NCBI GenBank assembly: GCA_037440825.1
Contig: JBBITJ010000009.1
Location: 9,341 to 27,429, forward strand
Direction of reading: 5' to 3'
From: Candidatus Micrarchaeota archaeon
Lineage (GTDB): Archaea; Micrarchaeota; Micrarchaeia; Anstonellales; Bilamarchaeaceae
Length of the DNA stretch: 18,089 bases
Positions 7,974-14,873 of the stretch are shown one piece after another. Both the position numbers and the translations under genes were made by a program. Below the pieces are notes generated by a model that worked only from the letters and a program-made list of their open reading frames with translations, had not been told where the DNA came from and ran no database searches. Numbering within the stretch: the stretch's first letter is position 1; each line of letters begins with the position of its first letter.

Positions 7974-8123
7974 GCCAAGGTAGCTCAGTTGGCTAGAGCG
8001 CTAGACTCATATAAACTGTTATGTGAGTTATGAGCCCTTCGGGGCGATGATATGAAAAATGCGTTCTGCACAGGTTTCTTTTGAGAAATCTAGAGGTCGG
8101 GAATTCGAATTTCCCCCTTGGCA
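7974..8123 (+). tRNA. Elongator tRNA-Met(CAT) with a 76-nt intron at 37/38 (intron 8012-8087)
   Basis: Acceptor stem GCCAAGG/CCTTGGC plus A73, anticodon stem CTAGA/TCTAG, anticodon CAT at 8008-8010, T-arm GGGAA-TTCGAAT-TTCCC. BHB: CTCA pairs with TGAG (8082-8085), bulges TA|T and AA|A. The GCC start fits elongator Met rather than initiator or Ile2. TATA TTTTTAAA lies near 7937-7944. Confidence 0.95.
8019..8052 (+). ncRNA. Putative intron-encoded box C/D-type guide module for Cm34 of tRNA-Met
   Basis: Guide TTATGTGAGTT (8019-8029) is complementary to GACTCATATAA (8004-8014). It is followed by box-D-like ATGA, the hairpin GCCC-TTCG-GGGC and GAT-GA-T, which together give K-turn geometry. Confidence 0.7.
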
Positions 8124-8156
8124 ATAATTTTTCTAATCCTTCCCTCCTCGTGCCGT

Positions 8157-8185
8157 CGTTGCACGGTTTCCAGTTGCGCGTTTTG
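8157..8185. repeat. Degenerate 7-bp tandem array (NGTTYYN)
   Basis: Units CGTTGCA c GGTTTCC AGTTGCG CGTTTTG, abutting the dtdA stop codon. Confidence 0.55.
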
Positions 8186-8995
8186 TCAAATGCGCCTTAT
8201 CTCAATGCCATACTGGTTCGCAAGCTTCTCTATTTTCTCCCTCTGCTCCTTGTTCACGCCCTTCTTGTCCAGGAGTATCGCGGCCGGAGGCTCGACGTTC
8301 TTCTCCAGCGCCTGCCTGAACGTGTCTTCCGCGATTGAATCTGCACGATACTTGGGGAGCATGTGCCCGAACGCCATGCCTTTCTCTATCGCGTATCTGG
8401 TGAAGACAGGGGCGTAGTGCCCGCCCCCAACGCCGAAGAAGGTTTCCTGTCCCGAGTTTCGCGTTCCGCCTTCGGTTATCGCCTCGAATACTGATTCCGC
8501 AATCACTTTCGCTGCAAGGGGATTTTTCCACTCGGGTTCGGAGCTTCCTATTTCCACGAATATTATCGGTTTTGATATTGTTGGGCCGTGATGATCGACT
8601 TCGAAATTCACGTTGAAGCCGAGGTTGTATTTCAGGTTCTTCCAGTGCATTTTCTGAAGGAGGGTTTTCTGCATGCTCGCATAGGAAATATTGAGCGTCC
8701 TGGGGCTTCCGCCGTGCTCGGCCTTGTCCCAGTTGCCAGGTATGTGGACAGTCAGGCTCTGCAATTTCATCTCGCTCCTGTGCGGCGAGAGAACAATAAA
8801 ATAATCGCCTTCGCAATCAGTCGGAACATTCAGGGAGCGGTCGAATTTCGTGTCGATGAGCCTTGCCTTTCCGCATTTCCATTCGCCTTCCCCCGAGGGC
8901 TCGAAGCCCAAGCCCATGAGCTCGCGCGATATGTTGTCGGACGCATGGTTTTCCGCAACGGAGGTCATGGAGGAGAAAAGTATTGACGGAATCAT
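8186..8995 (-). CDS. dtdA: Archaeal D-aminoacyl-tRNA deacylase (DTD2)
   Basis: Motifs SPHRSE, SLTVHIPGNW, EVDHHGPT, FVEIGS, GGGHY and GHMLPKY. Confidence 0.93.
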   Translation of the reverse strand: MIPSILFSSMTSVAENHASDNISRELMGLGFEPSGEGEWKCGKARLIDTKFDRSLNVPTDCEGDYFIVLSPHRSEMKLQSLTVHIPGNWDKAEHGGSPRTLNISYASMQKTLLQKMHWKNLKYNLGFNVNFEVDHHGPTISKPIIFVEIGSSEPEWKNPLAAKVIAESVFEAITEGGTRNSGQETFFGVGGGHYAPVFTRYAIEKGMAFGHMLPKYRADSIAEDTFRQALEKNVEPPAAILLDKKGVNKEQREKIEKLANQYGIEIRRI

Positions 8996-9029
8996 AAGAA
9001 TTTTAACGGAGGCAGATTAATAACCCGCT

Positions 9030-9704
9030 ATGGTGAGGGAGGAATTTTCCAGGAACATCGGCCCGCTCACGGAAAAGGAGCAGGAGAAGCTGGAGGGCGC
9101 TAAGGTCGGAATCATCGGCGTAGGGGGGGTGGGGAGCCCTGCCTTCGAGATGCTGGTGCGCGCCGGAATACGCAAATTCGTGGTGTTTGACTGGGATAGG
9201 TTCGAGAAGAGCAATTTCAACAGGCAGATATACGCGACCGTGAAGAGCGAGGGGAAGCCGAAGACTATAGAGGCGAAGAAGAAGGCAGGGGAAATCAATC
9301 CGGAGGTGGAGGTCGCGGCTTTCACTGAGATGCTGAACAGCTCCAGCGCCGGGAAACTGGCTGGATGCGACATAGTTATTGACGGGACGGACAACCTTCC
9401 TACGAGGAAGATCGTGGCGGCTTTCTGCAGGAAAAACAAAATTCCATACGTGTTTGCTTCCGCGGGCGGCTCGCGCGGAATGGTCGGGATCTTCACAAAA
9501 GCGGATTTCGAAAAGACGTTCAGGCACGCGAAAGACGCCGGCTGCGCGAAGAAGGGCATTATCGGGGTCGCTGCTGTGCTCTCGGGCACGCTCGCTGCAG
9601 CGCAGGCGATATGCGCACTTTTGGGGAAGAAAACGGTCGAGGCGCCGGAATTCCTGTTTTTCGACGTGTTCTCAGAAAGAGCATTCTGGAAGGCGAAGAT
9701 ATAG
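9030..9704 (+). CDS. ThiF/MoeB/HesA family E1-like adenylyltransferase
   Basis: Motifs GVGGVG, D.DRFEKSNFNRQ, GKPK and IDGTDN...R. Candidate catalytic Cys in AGCAKKGIIG. Confidence 0.9.
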   Translation: MVREEFSRNIGPLTEKEQEKLEGAKVGIIGVGGVGSPAFEMLVRAGIRKFVVFDWDRFEKSNFNRQIYATVKSEGKPKTIEAKKKAGEINPEVEVAAFTEMLNSSSAGKLAGCDIVIDGTDNLPTRKIVAAFCRKNKIPYVFASAGGSRGMVGIFTKADFEKTFRHAKDAGCAKKGIIGVAAVLSGTLAAAQAICALLGKKTVEAPEFLFFDVFSERAFWKAKI

Positions 9705-9711
9705 CTGGATT

Positions 9712-9737
9712 CGGAACTTGGGGCGGGAACCTCAACT
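9712..9737. repeat. Degenerate 7-bp tandem array
   Basis: Units CGGAACT TGGGGC GGGAACC TCAACT. Confidence 0.5.
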
Positions 9738-9743
9738 GCATCC

Positions 9744-9751
9744 TATATAAA
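9744..9751 (+). promoter_or_regulatory. TATA box of the RNase P RNA gene
   Basis: TATATAAA ends 22 nt upstream of the P1 helix. Confidence 0.7.
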
Positions 9752-9772
9752 CCTCCGAAGAGCAAATAATAT

Positions 9773-10004
9773 TGCTGAGGCGGAGTGGCTACGCTCGCAA
9801 GAGTGAGGAAGTTCCGTCCATCTAGGCGCAAGGGCCTTTAAGGGGCCCGGCAGCGATACAGAAAACCACTTTCCAAGGCGCGAAGGCGATGATACGAGCC
9901 GCTGCGGAAGGATGAAATGCAACGCTGCTGCTGTTTGAAGATGCAAGATTGAATCGCTCAGTCAAATGCCACGTAAAACCTAAGGCGGACTAACCGCCTC
10001 AGCA
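9773..10004 (+). ncRNA. rnpB: Archaeal RNase P RNA, compact (232 nt), type-M-like
   Basis: P1 TGCTGAGGCGG/CCGCCTCAGCA, P2 GTGGC/GCCAC, CR-I GAGGAAGTTCCGTCC (9805-9819) pairing with GGCGGAC (P4), P5 CATCT/AGATG, ACAGAAA (CR-II), GATGAAA (CR-III), and a 3' AAACCTAAGGCGGACTA. Confidence 0.93.
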
Positions 10005-10011
10005 CCCTTAC

Positions 10012-10039
10012 TGTCTTCAGTTCCCGGTTTCGGGTTCCG
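10012..10039. repeat. Degenerate 7-bp tandem array
   Basis: Units TGTCTTC AGTTCCC GGTTTCG GGTTCCG. Confidence 0.7.
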
Positions 10040-10050
10040 CACGTGAAAAC

Positions 10051-10683
10051 ATGAAATTAGACCTCCATCTGCATACGAATTATTCTCCGGATTCCCTAAA
10101 CACGGTCAGGGACATTGCCGCGAAATCCTCGAAGCTGGGCATAGTCCCTGCGCTCACGGACCACGGGAACACGAACGCGCACGCTGCAGCGGAGGAGGCC
10201 GGGCTGGAATTCATTCCGGGAGAAGAAATGAAGACGAAAGCCGGAGACCTAATAGGGCTGTTTCTCACGGAGCAGATAGAGGATCGGCGCGATTTTCTGG
10301 AAACCCTGGACAGGATACGGGAGCAGGGCGCGATTGCGTACGTACCGCACATGTACGACACAACGAGGCAAGGCGTTTCCAGCGAGGAGCTGGCTAAGAA
10401 GGCAGATATCATAGAAGTGCTGAATGGGCACTGCACCAGAGCGTGCAACGACAAGGCGCTCGCATTCGCGGAGAGGAACGGGAAATTGAGGGGCGCTGGA
10501 AGCGATGCGCACCTCATTTTCGAGTTCGGGAGGTGCTGGATCGAAGTCGAGGATTTCGACATTGAAAATCCGAAGGAATTCCTGAAGGCGGTGAAGAAAG
10601 GCAAGATCTGCGGAGAGGCTAAGCCGACCATCAAGGGCGTGCACGCGGTTGTGAAAGCGGCCAAGAAAGTTTTCAGGATTTAG
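10051..10683 (+). CDS. PHP-domain metal-dependent phosphoesterase
   Basis: Motifs DLHLHT..SPDS, TDH, GEE, PH, EVLN and GSDAH. Confidence 0.92.
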   Translation: MKLDLHLHTNYSPDSLNTVRDIAAKSSKLGIVPALTDHGNTNAHAAAEEAGLEFIPGEEMKTKAGDLIGLFLTEQIEDRRDFLETLDRIREQGAIAYVPHMYDTTRQGVSSEELAKKADIIEVLNGHCTRACNDKALAFAERNGKLRGAGSDAHLIFEFGRCWIEVEDFDIENPKEFLKAVKKGKICGEAKPTIKGVHAVVKAAKKVFRI

Positions 10684-10736
10684 CCGTATTTGCTCCCTTT
10701 TTAAACAAGGTCCGCCGGACAGGCACTGCAGGCATC

Positions 10737-10964
10737 ATGGAAATAGCGCTCAATGGAAAAGGGAACGAACGTCTCAGGCAGGCGATTGCATCATCCACCG
10801 GCGGCACGGAACACGCCAAATTCGTGCTGGCGAACCGCTGGGCAGTGTCGAACCTGCTGCTTTCGCACGATGCTAACGGCATGGTCACGTTCACGTACAA
10901 TTTGAAAGATGCGGAACTTTTGGAAGCGAACCGGATTATATTGGGGCATAATGCGCTGGACTAG
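10737..10964 (+). CDS. Small hypothetical protein
   Basis: 75-aa ORF with TTTTTAAA near 10698-10705 upstream. It fills the gap and its stop overlaps the fen stop. Confidence 0.55.
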   Translation: MEIALNGKGNERLRQAIASSTGGTEHAKFVLANRWAVSNLLLSHDANGMVTFTYNLKDAELLEANRIILGHNALD

Positions 10965-11998
10965 AACCACTCGTCCATCTTCTTCTGCGCGCCTTTCTCC
11001 TTGAGCGATTTCTCCATCCCGTTGAGGGCGCGGTCCACCCTTTCTTCGGAAAAATCGTGCTCCTCCACGAGTATCTTGCGCACTTCCTCGAAACTGAGGG
11101 AGCCCTGCTTCACTTTCCCCACGTCCTTTGCAGGCGGGTTGAGGAAGAAGTCCAGGATCGCCTCCACGTCTTCTTCGAATTCGTAATTGTATTTCGTTTT
11201 CACGTGCGATTTCACAGCTGCGAGAGTCGGGTGCTCCTTCACAATCTTGAGCGCGGTCTTCGCTCCCACTCCCTTTACCCCGGAATTGAAATCAGTGCCG
11301 CTCAGTATTCCGACCAGGACGAGCTGCTCCCTGTTGACTGAAAGCGAGGAGAGTACTTCGTCGAAAAGGATTTCCTCAGGCTCCACGAGCACGTAGCGGT
11401 CCTGCCTCGGCACCTTCCTCCTCCCGGTTATGGAGAGATTGCGGATAAGGCGCGGCGAGCCGAAGAGTATGGAATCGTAGTCCTGGGATGCTGATGCGTA
11501 TGCAGCGCCGGTTTTCACCATATGCGCTGCCTGGGCTTCCCCTTCGCTAGGCGCTTCCACGCACGGGATGCCCATCGCGGAGAGCAGCTGCTTGGATTCC
11601 TCCACCATTTCTTTCGTGAGGCGGCTCGTTGCCTGCGCGAATTTCCTCGCGTCCTCGATCCTTTCGTAATCAAGGGCTTCGCGCCATTTCGCCTCTGCTT
11701 CCTTCTTCGCCTCTTTTCGCCTTTCGATTTCCTTCTTCTTGAATTCGGGCTGCTCGCCATCGAAGACGTAGATGGGCTTTATGCCGTTCTCTATGAGGTT
11801 GGCGTTGCGGTAGAACAGGCCGGAGAGATGCCCGGTAGGGCGGCCTTTGAAATCCATCAGGGGCGTGCCGTCCTCCTGCCTTATGGAGGCCAGGAACTGG
11901 TAGAGGATGTTGAACGCATCCAAGGCCACGTACTTGCCGCTGAGGGCTTCCAAGGTTGTCGGGTGCTTCGGAACCAAATCGCCTATGTCCACGCCCAT
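10961..11998 (-). CDS. fen: Flap endonuclease 1
   Basis: Motifs MGV.IG, DAFNILYQFLASIRQ.DG, YVFDG, EAPSEGEAQAA, SQDYD, GTDFN.GVKGVG.KTA, and the C-terminal PIP box QKKMDEWF. Confidence 0.98.
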   Translation of the reverse strand: MGVDIGDLVPKHPTTLEALSGKYVALDAFNILYQFLASIRQEDGTPLMDFKGRPTGHLSGLFYRNANLIENGIKPIYVFDGEQPEFKKKEIERRKEAKKEAEAKWREALDYERIEDARKFAQATSRLTKEMVEESKQLLSAMGIPCVEAPSEGEAQAAHMVKTGAAYASASQDYDSILFGSPRLIRNLSITGRRKVPRQDRYVLVEPEEILFDEVLSSLSVNREQLVLVGILSGTDFNSGVKGVGAKTALKIVKEHPTLAAVKSHVKTKYNYEFEEDVEAILDFFLNPPAKDVGKVKQGSLSFEEVRKILVEEHDFSEERVDRALNGMEKSLKEKGAQKKMDEWF

Positions 11999-12001
11999 GT
12001 G

Positions 12002-12036
12002 TGTCTCCAGTTTCCTGTTTTCGGTTTCGGATTTTG
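12002..12036. repeat. Degenerate 7-bp tandem array
   Basis: Units TGTCTCC AGTTTCC TGTTTTC GGTTTCG GATTTTG fill 35 of the 42 intergenic bp. Confidence 0.75.
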
Positions 12037-12040
12037 CAGC

Positions 12041-12508
12041 TCACTTTTTCTTCTTATCCTCCTTCCTCTCTATCTGCGCAACGTCCAGGAGCGTTAGTTC
12101 CTTCTTCCCGTAGCCGATCTTGGTCTCGGTCTGCGTGGATGCGGAGGTTTCCACGAGCCTGATCTTGAATAGCTTCTCCAATTTGCGCGCCAGGTCAAGG
12201 GAAGGAAGAGTTTTTTCCTTCTCCACGTGGTCGAGGTAGTTCGCCTTCTCCGCTATTTTCAGCCCGAGCTGCTCTATCGTGAGCCCCGCCTTCTCCCTTG
12301 CGGCCTTTATCAGTTTCCCGTAGCCGTCAACTATGTCTTCCTCGCTCTTCACGCGCCTGGAAACAAGGGGATTCTCGTCTTCGGATTCGGAACTGAAGTA
12401 ATAGAGTATCTTCCCGCCGTGGGCGCAGCCCGCGCATGCGCTCATCTTCGCACCTTCCAGGTAGGCGAGGCACACCGCCTCCTTCTTTCCGCAAATTTCA
12501 CATTCCAT
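12041..12508 (-). CDS. mbf1: Archaeal multiprotein bridging factor 1 (Zn ribbon plus HTH)
   Basis: CEICG...EGA....C..C Zn ribbon, YG..IK.ARE..GLT..QLG HTH, KLEK.F.I.L and a C-terminal TL.D motif. Confidence 0.92.
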   Translation of the reverse strand: MECEICGKKEAVCLAYLEGAKMSACAGCAHGGKILYYFSSESEDENPLVSRRVKSEEDIVDGYGKLIKAAREKAGLTIEQLGLKIAEKANYLDHVEKEKTLPSLDLARKLEKLFKIRLVETSASTQTETKIGYGKKELTLLDVAQIERKEDKKKK

Positions 12509-12603
12509 GATTACCAACTCGTTCGTCCATTATGGCCACTTCAAGTGCAAGCAGTACAAACATAACGGCTACTTATATAAAGTTCCTTATTCTTTTATCA
12601 CTT

Positions 12604-13944
12604 ATGCTAAGCATTTCACTGATAGCCCTGCTGGGAATCGCGCTGCTCGTGATGGTGATAAACCTGCCAGTGCACGTGATGTTGAAGTTCTTTTTCGGAG
12701 TGGTGCTCATGTTCGGCGTGAGCAAACTCCTGGCAGGGAAGCTGAAGATGAAGGACGACTGGGGCATGCTCATGGTGAGGAGCCAGGCAGGCCTCAGGGT
12801 GATAGAGAAGCTTGCGAAGAGCGAGGCTGTGTGGAAGGCGTTCGCGGACATCGGGACAGTGGTCGCGTACGGGCTCGCGTCATTTTTCATAATCAGGAGA
12901 CCGCTCAAGGAGCGTGCAGTGATCATGTTCGTGGGGTTCTGCGCGCTCACGCTTATATCCTTGATAGTGGCGCCTGTGGTTTTCCCGTTCCTGCTCTCAA
13001 ACCTCGGCGCTGAAGGGCTGGCTGCGAAGAGCGCAGAAGGAAGCGGTTCTGCGCTGCTCGCTGGAGGGCTCATATACACAGGCGGATTCGCGCTCGGAAC
13101 TTTCGCAAGCCTGCTGACCTATACCGGAGTGATAGCCTCTGCCGCAATCGGGACGCTCTTCTTCGGGACAAGCGAGCTTGCGAAGACCGCTCCTGGAGCC
13201 ACGCTCATACTCCCCGGGATAAACATACATTTTGCCGAAGGTGTGATCGCACTCGCCCTCATCCTTGTTGTGCATGAAGGCGCGCACGCTGTGCTCGCGC
13301 GCATAGCGAAGACAAAGATCCTTTCTTCAGGAGTAGTGTTTTTCGGCATAATCCCTGTGGGGGCGTTCGTGGAGCCGGACGAGGAGCAGCTGAAGAAGCT
13401 GGACAAGGAAAAGCAGACCCGGGTGCTCGTTGCAGGAAGCGCCGCGAACTTTTTCGCGTCTCTCACTATATTCCTGGTGTTCCTCGCGTTCCTTTACGGA
13501 ACCATGTCTTTCAAGGAGGACGGGCTGCTCATCGTGGGAGGTAACCAAAGCGGAAGCGTGATATACAGGATAAACGGGCAGGACGCGAGCGAATTCCTCG
13601 CGACAGCTAACAACACGACCAAGTACAACAGCACGCTCACGTTCGAGACGAGCGCGGGCACATATGAAACGACGATAGGGAAAGGGCAGCTGCACTATTA
13701 CGACCTAGGCACGAGCTTCTTCATTGCAAGGTACGGCAACCCGGCACTGGACTTCGTTTACAACCTGCTGGGGCTAGCGTTCTCGCTCAATTTCGTGATA
13801 GGCGCGGTGAACCTGCTTCCGCTGCCGCTCTTCGACGGATACAGGCTGCTTGAGATAAACGTAGACAAGAAGATAGTTGTTACTGCGGTGTCCTGGGTTG
13901 CGGCGCTCGCGTTCATCCTGAATTTCCTTCCGTGGGCATTCTGA
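12604..13944 (+). CDS. Site-2 protease (M50 family) intramembrane zinc metalloprotease
   Basis: Motifs HEGAH, GAFVEPDE, AGSAANF and NLLPLPLFDG. Start 12604 was chosen because TTATATAAA lies at 12573-12581; the ORF is open from 12532. Confidence 0.93.
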   Translation: MLSISLIALLGIALLVMVINLPVHVMLKFFFGVVLMFGVSKLLAGKLKMKDDWGMLMVRSQAGLRVIEKLAKSEAVWKAFADIGTVVAYGLASFFIIRRPLKERAVIMFVGFCALTLISLIVAPVVFPFLLSNLGAEGLAAKSAEGSGSALLAGGLIYTGGFALGTFASLLTYTGVIASAAIGTLFFGTSELAKTAPGATLILPGINIHFAEGVIALALILVVHEGAHAVLARIAKTKILSSGVVFFGIIPVGAFVEPDEEQLKKLDKEKQTRVLVAGSAANFFASLTIFLVFLAFLYGTMSFKEDGLLIVGGNQSGSVIYRINGQDASEFLATANNTTKYNSTLTFETSAGTYETTIGKGQLHYYDLGTSFFIARYGNPALDFVYNLLGLAFSLNFVIGAVNLLPLPLFDGYRLLEINVDKKIVVTAVSWVAALAFILNFLPWAF

Positions 13945-13971
13945 GTTTTCAGTTTCGGGTTCCGGGTTTTG
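13944..13971. repeat. Degenerate 7-bp tandem array
   Basis: Units AGTTTTC AGTTTCG GGTTCCG GGTTTTG, between convergent genes. Confidence 0.75.
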
Positions 13972-13979
13972 AGGTTTAG

Positions 13980-14777
13980 TCAGGAAAAAGTGAAAAAGTC
14001 GTAGGCGAGCTTGAGCCCGAAAATGGCGAGGAGGGCTGCGAACGCCTTCTTAACCATGGCGTCATCCACCTTCCCTTCGGCCATCATCCGCGAGCCGAAG
14101 AACGCACCTGTTGCGGCTGCTGCGCCAGTCATGAGCAGGAGGCCGTAATCAAGCTGGCCTATCGCCGCATGGCCGATGAGGCTGAAAATAGATGCGAAGA
14201 ACACCACGAATGTGGATAAGACGGCGGCCCTTTTGGGCTGGGAGCCGGTTTCTATCAGGAATGGAACGAGGAAGACGCCACCCCCTATTCCCAGGGTGCC
14301 GCTCACTACCCCTGTGACGCTGCCTGCTGCGCCGCGGGATATGGATGCGCCGAGCACTGATGCGCCGACCTCTTCCACGAAGCCCGCTTCCCCCTCCCGG
14401 AACGCGCCGTCTTTCTTCGCGGGCTTTATTTTCGTGAAAAGCATGCGGAGCGCGGCTGCGATGAGCACGAATGAGAAGATGCCGATTATCCATTTTTCAG
14501 GAAGCGCGGAGGAAAGCCATACCCCTATCGGCGAGCCTATCAGGACTCCTGCGAGTATCCAGAATGCCGCCTTTGGATCGAACATGGCGCGGTAGTTGAA
14601 TGACGAAATTCCTGTAGAGACGACGTTGAGGAAAAGGCCTGCGGAAATGGCGGCTTCCAGCGGGATGCCGAGCCAGAAGAATATCGGGACGTAAACCGAT
14701 GCCCCGCCCAGGCCCAGAAGCGCGAAGATTCCTGAAAGTAGCAGCACAACCACGAACGCGATCAAAACCGGATCCAT
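13980..14777 (-). CDS. TauE/SafE family (DUF81) sulfite exporter-like permease
   Basis: Duplicated GLGGASVYVP / GIGGGVFLVP motifs and about 8 TM helices. Confidence 0.9.
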   Translation of the reverse strand: MDPVLIAFVVVLLLSGIFALLGLGGASVYVPIFFWLGIPLEAAISAGLFLNVVSTGISSFNYRAMFDPKAAFWILAGVLIGSPIGVWLSSALPEKWIIGIFSFVLIAAALRMLFTKIKPAKKDGAFREGEAGFVEEVGASVLGASISRGAAGSVTGVVSGTLGIGGGVFLVPFLIETGSQPKRAAVLSTFVVFFASIFSLIGHAAIGQLDYGLLLMTGAAAATGAFFGSRMMAEGKVDDAMVKKAFAALLAIFGLKLAYDFFTFS

Positions 14778-14873
14778 GAATTAGTTTGAAAAAGAAGTTT
14801 ATTTATGATGAGGGGTTCATGGAAAGAGTGATAAACTTTGCAGTTTTTATTATATGCGCCTGCGGGGGCTTCC

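Noticed and set aside
7974..8123. tRNA-Ile2(CAT) or initiator Met identity
   Set aside because: The acceptor stem begins GCC and the anticodon stem lacks the three consecutive G-C pairs of initiators, which fits elongator Met best.
2024..13971. CRISPR array or telomere-like repeat interpretation of the heptamers
   Set aside because: There is no repeat-spacer architecture and no cas gene, and the units are short and degenerate.
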